A stretch of DNA of 61,280 bases from the NCBI GenBank assembly GCA_046498225.1, contig JAWOBF010000019.1:1-61280 (forward strand), written 5' to 3'. The translations under genes and the position numbers were made by a program. How positions within the stretch are numbered: the first letter of the stretch is position 1; every line of letters starts with the position of its first letter. Below the pieces are notes generated by a model that had not been told where the DNA came from, did no database searches, and was given only the letters and a program-made list of their open reading frames with translations. Shown in pieces: positions 55,228-61,280 of this stretch. Source of the stretch: Candidatus Aegiribacteria sp. GTDB lineage: Bacteria > Fermentibacterota > Fermentibacteria > Fermentibacterales > JCC-6.

Positions 55228-57189
55228 CTAGGATTCGTCCTCGGCCAGGACCACCAGGGTATCGTCGCGATGGATTCGGAAAATCCGCTGTTTATCAGGG
55301 TTAAGGGTGATGCCGTAGTTCCTCCCGGCGTCGTTGAAGGCCGCCTTCTCCCTGACGCCGATGCAGATCTCATCGCGTTTCGCGGCCGCTTCAATAAGGG
55401 AGCCGAAGGGAAGCTCCAGAGGAAGGTCCTCGAAGTAGAGGTGCGCCTGCTTAAGGTATATCTCGCTTCCTTCCTCGCTGAACAGCTCCTCGTAGATCTT
55501 AGAGATTCCGGGCTGCTCGCTCAGCTGCGCGAGAAGCATTGTGATCATCCTGTTGCTCACGATAAAATCGTCCACCATGGAAGATACAATCAGATCCTGG
55601 TTGTCGGCGTTCATCACCTGGGTGATGGTCTGACTTCTGCGACCATCGCGTGAAAGCTCACTGCGGAGTTTGCGAAGAAGGAGCAGGATCACGAGCGTAT
55701 CAGCGTCGACTTCCTCGAGGGAACCGGGATTCTCCCGCTGAGCGAGGATGATTACGTTGTCGTAGCTGAACGGGTCAACGGAAGCCAGTGTATCACGGTC
55801 CAGCGGAGACCTTCGAATAAGCGATATCTCCAGATGCGGGTACCTCTGGCTGAGATCATCTACCGTGGCTGTTACCCTTTTCGAAGGATTCTCCAGCATT
55901 ATGTGGATGGTGGAGCCCTCGATCAGATAATCCGAGTACTCCCTTATGACAACCGGAACTGTGGGAGACCACCCAAGTAGAAGCTCATGCTCAACATGCT
56001 TACCGTACCTTTTCCCGCTGCCCGGGAATTCGGGAAATGGTGGGGCCGGATCGGTGTTCCGCCTGAGCATGGAGTCATCCTCTGCCAGTACTATCAGATC
56101 ATCATCGGGTTTCAGAACGGCATCAACCGGGGGGCGCAGTGTAATGTTCCCGTTCCCGTCACGAATGCCAAGGGGGATGCCGTCATCAAGGTAACGGTAC
56201 ATCTGACCGAAGGGAACCGAATCCCAGTCCGCCCTGAAGAAATACAGCTCACTTCCCCTGTACGAGAACATTTCATCGTACACCAGCGCGAGACCGCTGC
56301 TTGTTCCCTGGCTCCTGGAGGTCTGAACCAGGACCTTGCCCAGAATGACCCAGCGGTTGACGCAGTTCAGCAGGTCCGATCCGAACGATCTGATGAGAGC
56401 CCTCTTCTTTTCCGTGTATACTTCGGCCACTATGCTGAGACTGTTCCTGTCGTTCTGAATGGCAAAGAGCGCCAGAATGGTCTTGAGGGACATGGTGTCC
56501 GCGATGTCCAGCTGTTCGACGGACCCGCTGTCAGCGGACCTGGACAGAATGACAGCAGATCTGGCCTCGGCTGCGTTGACACGCTGAAGGTCCTTTAGGG
56601 ATGTGGGGCTGCCGGTTCGGGTGACCACTCTGCTGTTCTTCATATCCGTTATGGACCTGAAGATCTCGTCGTCCATCTGCTCCTTGTCCCTCTCGGCGAG
56701 TACGACTATCGCGGGACTGCTGCGGCTTTCGTTGGCCCTGACAAGTTCCGGCAGCAGGTCGAAAAGCCTTTCGTTCCAACCAAGTATGAGTGTGTGGCCC
56801 GATTCGATGACCGGGCTTCGTCCCTTCCTGAAATTGTAGATGACTTTTTCCATCCTGGTGTTGATGAAGGCGATGAGCATTGAGAAGAAGACCATTCCCA
56901 CCAGAAGGGTGAACAGCGATGATAATTTCAGGCCCAGCGAATAGTCGCTCACCAGTTCCAGAACGTCTGAGCTGGTATACTCCTGTACCAGTACCCAGTA
57001 GTGTTTGCCCCAGGAATCGAGGTCGCCGGTGAACTCACGGCCCAACATCAGCACAGCGGTGCGGATGATGACCACCAGAAGAAGGAAAGTAATGAATAGG
57101 ACCAGCAGGCTGATGAACACCGAAACCCAGCCGCGGGACATGAAGTTCTCGAACCTGTATCTCCACCTCTGCCGCAGACCGGTTCTCAT
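55228..57189 (-). CDS. CASTOR/POLLUX-related putative ion channel
   Basis: Two TMs, GRSPVIESGHTLILGW, RTGSP, two RCK-like halves, EGSEIYLK, LNP. Confidence 0.88.
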   Translation of the reverse strand: MRTGLRQRWRYRFENFMSRGWVSVFISLLVLFITFLLLVVIIRTAVLMLGREFTGDLDSWGKHYWVLVQEYTSSDVLELVSDYSLGLKLSSLFTLLVGMVFFSMLIAFINTRMEKVIYNFRKGRSPVIESGHTLILGWNERLFDLLPELVRANESRSSPAIVVLAERDKEQMDDEIFRSITDMKNSRVVTRTGSPTSLKDLQRVNAAEARSAVILSRSADSGSVEQLDIADTMSLKTILALFAIQNDRNSLSIVAEVYTEKKRALIRSFGSDLLNCVNRWVILGKVLVQTSRSQGTSSGLALVYDEMFSYRGSELYFFRADWDSVPFGQMYRYLDDGIPLGIRDGNGNITLRPPVDAVLKPDDDLIVLAEDDSMLRRNTDPAPPFPEFPGSGKRYGKHVEHELLLGWSPTVPVVIREYSDYLIEGSTIHIMLENPSKRVTATVDDLSQRYPHLEISLIRRSPLDRDTLASVDPFSYDNVIILAQRENPGSLEEVDADTLVILLLLRKLRSELSRDGRRSQTITQVMNADNQDLIVSSMVDDFIVSNRMITMLLAQLSEQPGISKIYEELFSEEGSEIYLKQAHLYFEDLPLELPFGSLIEAAAKRDEICIGVREKAAFNDAGRNYGITLNPDKQRIFRIHRDDTLVVLAEDES

Positions 57190-57260
57190 CTGTTCCCCTT
57201 CATTTCAGCAGGAACGTCCGCTCGCGGTAAATGGAACGGAGTATTCCATACACGGACTTC

Positions 57261-57674
57261 TTATGCCAGGATTCGCTTGATCCCATCCACCGCGCGATCC
57301 GTAAGCTCCCGGTAGGCTGATTCGACGGAGGCGATAACAATAAGGACAACCGGCTGGTCCATGACCTCAAAGGACTGGCAGATAACCGAATCACCAGAGG
57401 GTCCGCTCATCGTTATCTGATCGATGTTCTCGAACCCGGTCAGTTCAACGGCTTCCCGGTTCATCTTCCAGACGAACCCGGCCAGTGCGGCCAGGGCGCT
57501 GGAATCCAGACGGGATTCTATGTCCACCACGGAGAAACCATCTTCTGTAGTCAGCAGGGCAGCCTTGAACCCACCCTCGCGGGCCACATGTTCAAGCTGT
57601 TTCCTGACAGCCTTCATCGGGATCTCCGAACGGTCCCTGCGACGCTCTTCATTCCGGTTCGTGTCATTTCCCAT
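57261..57674 (-). CDS. Roadblock/LC7 (MglB-like) domain protein
   Basis: AALLTTEDGFSV, LAALA helix, size 137 aa. Confidence 0.8.
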   Translation of the reverse strand: MGNDTNRNEERRRDRSEIPMKAVRKQLEHVAREGGFKAALLTTEDGFSVVDIESRLDSSALAALAGFVWKMNREAVELTGFENIDQITMSGPSGDSVICQSFEVMDQPVVLIVIASVESAYRELTDRAVDGIKRILA

Positions 57675-57745
57675 TATCGATGTGCCCCCTTCTCCTGCGG
57701 GTCCTGCAGAAATGCGCTGGCGTTTACCTGCTGTCTTCTGAAGGG

Positions 57746-57774
57746 AGTCTAGAGCAAATCGGATTCCCTGTCAA
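57746..57774 (-). promoter_or_regulatory. Sigma70-type promoter
   Basis: Minus strand TTGACA-N17-TAGACT upstream of roadblock gene. Confidence 0.65.
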
Positions 57775-57822
57775 GCAGAAATCAGCGATACATGAGTGCA
57801 GAATGATCATGGAAAACCTCGG

Positions 57823-58962
57823 TCAGTACATTTCGTAGAGGACCAGCCTGCCGTCCAGCTTGCCGTTGTGAAGTGGTATCTTCACCGTTGGTTTCAGGCC
57901 TATGCTCTTGATATGTTCCCGTTTCCCGAAATATATCCATGCCTTTGAACCGGTGCAGCGCTGCTTCAGGAAATCACCCAGCTCCCTGTAGAATACCCTC
58001 ATGTTCTTTTGCCCTTTCAGCCGAAGTCCATAGGGGGGATTAGTTATGATTGTGCTGTCTTTCAGTGTATCTATGGTTGAGTAGGCTGCCTTTTTCAGCT
58101 CTATCCTGTTCCCATGCGGAAGCAGGCCGCAGTTGACGGATGCGGCGCTTACGGCTCTGTCCGAGATGTCGGAGCCGGTCACGAGCCCGGCGGGGAGTTC
58201 CTCTATCCCCGAATCAATAGCCTCTTTCAATTCCCTCCAGCGACCGGGGTCGAACTCCGAAAGGTTCTCGAATCCGAATCTCTCCCGCAGGTATCCTGCG
58301 GGTATGCGGCAGTATTTCATCAGCGCCTCGCACAGCAGGGTGCCTGAACCGCAGAAAGGGTCGTAAAGTGGAGTGGAGCCATCCCAGCCCGTCATCTCGA
58401 CTATGGTGGCAGCCAGTGTTTCCTGGATGGGGGCTTCCACGGAACAGCGGCGGTAGCCTCGCCTGTGCATCGACCCGCCGGAAGTGTCCAGTCTTATGTA
58501 CGCCCTGTTCCCGAATATCCTGAGACCGATCCAGAGGTCGGGAGCTATGGTGTCCACGTCCGGCCTTTTTCCCTCCTTTTCCATGAACCAGTCGGCTATC
58601 GCGTCCTTCAGCTTGAGAGCGGCGTATTGTGAGTGGCTGATCTTCGAATCGTGAACCGAGGCGAAAATTGCAAAGGTGCTGTCAGGGGACAGGAACTCAG
58701 ACCAGTCAATGGACCGGGCGGTACTGTAGAGGTACCTGTCGCTGTGGCAGTCGAAAGTAATGAGGGGGGCCATTATTCTGGAGAAGAACCTGGTCTGATA
58801 GTTGATGCGATAGAGAGCATCCATGTCGCATCGGAAGAAGATGCCTCGGTATACAGTTTTGAGCTCACGCGCGCCAAGGGCCAGCAACTCCCGCTCTCCC
58901 AGCTGTTTAAGGTCCTCGGCTATCATTCCGAAGAACCTGCCGGTCTTCTGATACTCCAGCAC
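57823..58962 (-). CDS. THUMP-domain RNA methyltransferase (RlmL-like)
   Basis: DTSGGSMHRRGYR, APIQETLA, DPFCGSGT, GSD, TNPPYG. Confidence 0.92.
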   Translation of the reverse strand: MLEYQKTGRFFGMIAEDLKQLGERELLALGARELKTVYRGIFFRCDMDALYRINYQTRFFSRIMAPLITFDCHSDRYLYSTARSIDWSEFLSPDSTFAIFASVHDSKISHSQYAALKLKDAIADWFMEKEGKRPDVDTIAPDLWIGLRIFGNRAYIRLDTSGGSMHRRGYRRCSVEAPIQETLAATIVEMTGWDGSTPLYDPFCGSGTLLCEALMKYCRIPAGYLRERFGFENLSEFDPGRWRELKEAIDSGIEELPAGLVTGSDISDRAVSAASVNCGLLPHGNRIELKKAAYSTIDTLKDSTIITNPPYGLRLKGQKNMRVFYRELGDFLKQRCTGSKAWIYFGKREHIKSIGLKPTVKIPLHNGKLDGRLVLYEMY

Positions 58963-59133
58963 AGACCACTCCGCATCCGTTGAGGTTCACGATTCCAGAA
59001 AGGAAATATACGAAAAGAGGGTCCCGCCGCGCATTATCCTGGATCTGAGCAGCGTTCCATTATCGGAACGGGACTGGCTTCCCCGGCTGAGAAGACTCTA
59101 TATTAGAAACTTCAATATCAGGGAAGGAGAAAA

Positions 59134-59739
59134 ATGTACAAATTCCTAGCCGCCTCTGCAGCGCTGTCGCTCCTGGTGCTGCTTCCCTCCGGATGCGTCG
59201 CGCCCATGTCCAACAATTTAACCGGGCGGTCGCTGGGCAGCGGCAAAGTCGGGCTCGACGGAGGGGTCGTGTTCGCTTCCGGCGGCGATGGCGTGGCGCC
59301 ATCGCTGAAGACAGCGGTCGGGGTCTCGCAGGACCTGGACCTGGGCGCCCAGTACGACCTGTTCAGTATCGGTCTCTTCGCAAGGAATTCCTTCATCAAT
59401 AACGATGAGGGTCTCTCACTGGCAGGTGTGCTCGGCACGGGCATCACAGCATCCGGTTTCTACGGTTATACGGGTCCCGTGATCAGTTACAGGACCGGCG
59501 CCCTGGAACCCTATTTCGGCCCCAGGCTCAATGTGGTCAACTACGAGGAATCGGATTCAAATGCCTTCATATCCTGGGAGGGAGGAACCTTCACCTACTT
59601 CCAGCTGACACTGGGTACCGTATTGTGGATGTCCGAAGGCATAGGTCTCAATATGGAAACGTCAGTATTCATGGGAGACGCTGGACTTGTGGACTTCGAG
59701 GATATCGTGGGCCTGGGCGGTCTGACCTTCCGCCTGTGA
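59134..59739 (+). CDS. Hypothetical lipoprotein, possible outer-membrane beta-barrel
   Basis: Signal peptide ending PSGC; amphipathic Gly/aromatic strands; ends GGLTFRL. Confidence 0.7.
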   Translation: MYKFLAASAALSLLVLLPSGCVAPMSNNLTGRSLGSGKVGLDGGVVFASGGDGVAPSLKTAVGVSQDLDLGAQYDLFSIGLFARNSFINNDEGLSLAGVLGTGITASGFYGYTGPVISYRTGALEPYFGPRLNVVNYEESDSNAFISWEGGTFTYFQLTLGTVLWMSEGIGLNMETSVFMGDAGLVDFEDIVGLGGLTFRL

Positions 59740-59813
59740 TTTCACAGTCTTCCGGCGTATACTTCGCCCGCAGTTGATACCGCCGCCTGTTCAAGAACAG
59801 AGAGGGGAGAATC

Positions 59814-60296
59814 ATGGTCAAGGTTGGAGACAAGCTTGAGGAATTCGCGCTGAAGAACCACCTGGGAGAGGATTTTGACTCTGAAGAACTGTCCGGAAAG
59901 TGTCTGCTCCTTTCCTTCCATCCCCTGGCATGGACAGAAGTGTGCGGAGCCCAGATGAAGGCTCTGGACGATAACATGGACTTTTTTCGGTCCTTCGGAG
60001 TGGTCCCTCTGGGAATAAGCGTGGATGCCCACACCGCGAAGAAGCCATGGGCTGACTATCTCGGGCTGCAAGAACTGCAGCTCCTGTCCGATTTCTGGCC
60101 TCATGGAGGGCTTGCAGCGAAGCTGGGGAATTTCATTGAGGAAATGGGTATCAGCGGACGAGCGAATATACTGGTGGACCGTGACGGGAACGGTACGGTG
60201 GTCTGGGTCAGAACCTACGACATTCCGGAACTCCCCGACATCGATGAAGTGAAGGAAGCGGTGCGGGCCCGCTGCAGTGAGGGCTGCTGCCAGTAA
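59814..60296 (+). CDS. AhpC/TSA (AhpE-like) peroxiredoxin
   Basis: FHPLAWTEVC (PxxxTxxC), GISVD, LLSDFWPHG, GRA. Confidence 0.9.
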   Translation: MVKVGDKLEEFALKNHLGEDFDSEELSGKCLLLSFHPLAWTEVCGAQMKALDDNMDFFRSFGVVPLGISVDAHTAKKPWADYLGLQELQLLSDFWPHGGLAAKLGNFIEEMGISGRANILVDRDGNGTVVWVRTYDIPELPDIDEVKEAVRARCSEGCCQ

Positions 60297-60392
60297 CACT
60301 CGGCCGCACCGGAGAACGAATTCTCCGCTTTATCGTTGTCTCGGTCTCTTACGCCGGACCGCGGGGTGACGCCGGGAGACGCCTTCCACCGG

Positions 60393-61280
60393 CTACTGCC
60401 CCTCTGTAGCCCCTGTCAGGTCGGTTACGTTTCCCCTCGTGAAGAAGCCGCGGAAGTCCCCGTATCTCTGGATGAGCTCAGTTACCAGCATGGTGTGCGG
60501 AGAGGGTTCGCTGAAGGTCTGGCGCAGCCCCTCTTCCGGTGAACCGACAAGCTCTATCATGAACTCCTGCCCGTCTTCATAGAGTTTTCCGTAGGTCTCC
60601 TGAATCCGTTCGGTCCTGAGCGCCATGTGATGGACCCTGGTCCCGTAATTCCTGATGAACTTCTCGGTGGGGCCCGCTGCATCTCCTCCGTCATCGGGAA
60701 CGATGCCGGAAGTGAAGACCATGGCGAATTCCTTCCCTTTCATCCTGGCAACATTGGTGATGGAGTTGAAGGTCTTGACGTAGATGGCGAACTCAAAATC
60801 GTATCCGGTCAGTTCCATGAACTCTATGATGGCGGCGTCGCGGTCCTTTGCCCGGACCCTCGTGGCGGTATGATCCAGAAGACCTATGTTCTTCAGGTGC
60901 TTTGATGCGGGCTTCGAAAGCGAGAGGTCCAGATCACTGGAACCGGAAGTTCTGTATCCGTCTTTCGGAGACCCTTCCATTACTCCGATTGATAGACCTG
61001 TATAGGAGGATGGAATGGTCTGGGCCGAGGATAGATTCCTGTCTCTGACCTGCTCGCAGTCCAGGAAGACAACTCCTCTCTCTTTCTGGATTTCCATGTA
61101 ACGTTCGATATCCGGTGTATCAAAGAAGAAAGACTCGAGCCTTGTGTTAGGGAGTTTTCTCGATTTGGGTCCACCCGGAACGGAGATGAAAGGATTAATG
61201 CTTTCGAGACGGCAGCGGACAAGCAGGTCCGCCGAGTTCTCGGCGGAGAGAACAACGGTTCTAAACCTGGGGTCCTCAAA
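60393..61280 (-). CDS. VOC-superfamily, HPPD-like protein (5' end outside window)
   Basis: Frame is open from 61097 to window end; LDHTATR, VHHMAL, TELIQR, GFFTRGN. Confidence 0.8.
   Translation of the reverse strand, partial: FEDPRFRTVVLSAENSADLLVRCRLESINPFISVPGGPKSRKLPNTRLESFFFDTPDIERYMEIQKERGVVFLDCEQVRDRNLSSAQTIPSSYTGLSIGVMEGSPKDGYRTSGSSDLDLSLSKPASKHLKNIGLLDHTATRVRAKDRDAAIIEFMELTGYDFEFAIYVKTFNSITNVARMKGKEFAMVFTSGIVPDDGGDAAGPTEKFIRNYGTRVHHMALRTERIQETYGKLYEDGQEFMIELVGSPEEGLRQTFSEPSPHTMLVTELIQRYGDFRGFFTRGNVTDLTGATEGQ

Noticed and set aside
106-61279. Many long overlapping ORFs (e.g. 3894-5270, 5320-6459, 33203-33784, 43212-44534)
   Set aside because: Antisense or off-frame shadows of well-supported genes, expected at high GC; no recognisable motifs
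1-61280. tRNA, rRNA, CRISPR, IS/integrase, selenoprotein or known riboswitch
   Set aside because: No cloverleaf, spaced repeats, transposase motif, in-frame UGA at a catalytic site or recognisable aptamer seen by eye; an Infernal/tRNAscan run would be decisive

Overview
Core-genome-like, GC-rich (about 60% by eye) bacterial window with about 50 CDS and no tRNA, rRNA, CRISPR array or mobile element that I could see. Anaerobic RNR, a TonB-dependent receptor, a FlgD/T9SS-like C-terminal domain and TWxxIK tails suggest an anaerobic diderm of an FCB-related lineage, possibly Ca. Fermentibacteria (inference). Housekeeping genes include pyrG-purF-guaA, nrdD/nrdG with tandem NrdR boxes, glnS, alr, a DegQ-type protease, a YgiQ radical SAM protein and a KamA-like protein. 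Main finds: (1) NrdD is split, with its glycyl-radical loop (YSRIVGYYRPV) on a separate 56-aa ORF (17179-17349) missing from the ORF track; (2) three secreted proteins share a C-terminal L-x3-TWxx[IV]Kxx[FI] tail, a candidate sorting signal; (3) a TonB receptor followed by twin lipoproteins, converging on an S41-like protein lacking the catalytic Ser; (4) a tandem cNMP-binding protein next to a Pat-like acetyltransferase, with an atypical class III cyclase nearby; (5) a hidden FAH-hydrolase remnant; (6) two adjacent genes that appear to need non-canonical start codons. All family assignments come from motif recognition, not database searches.
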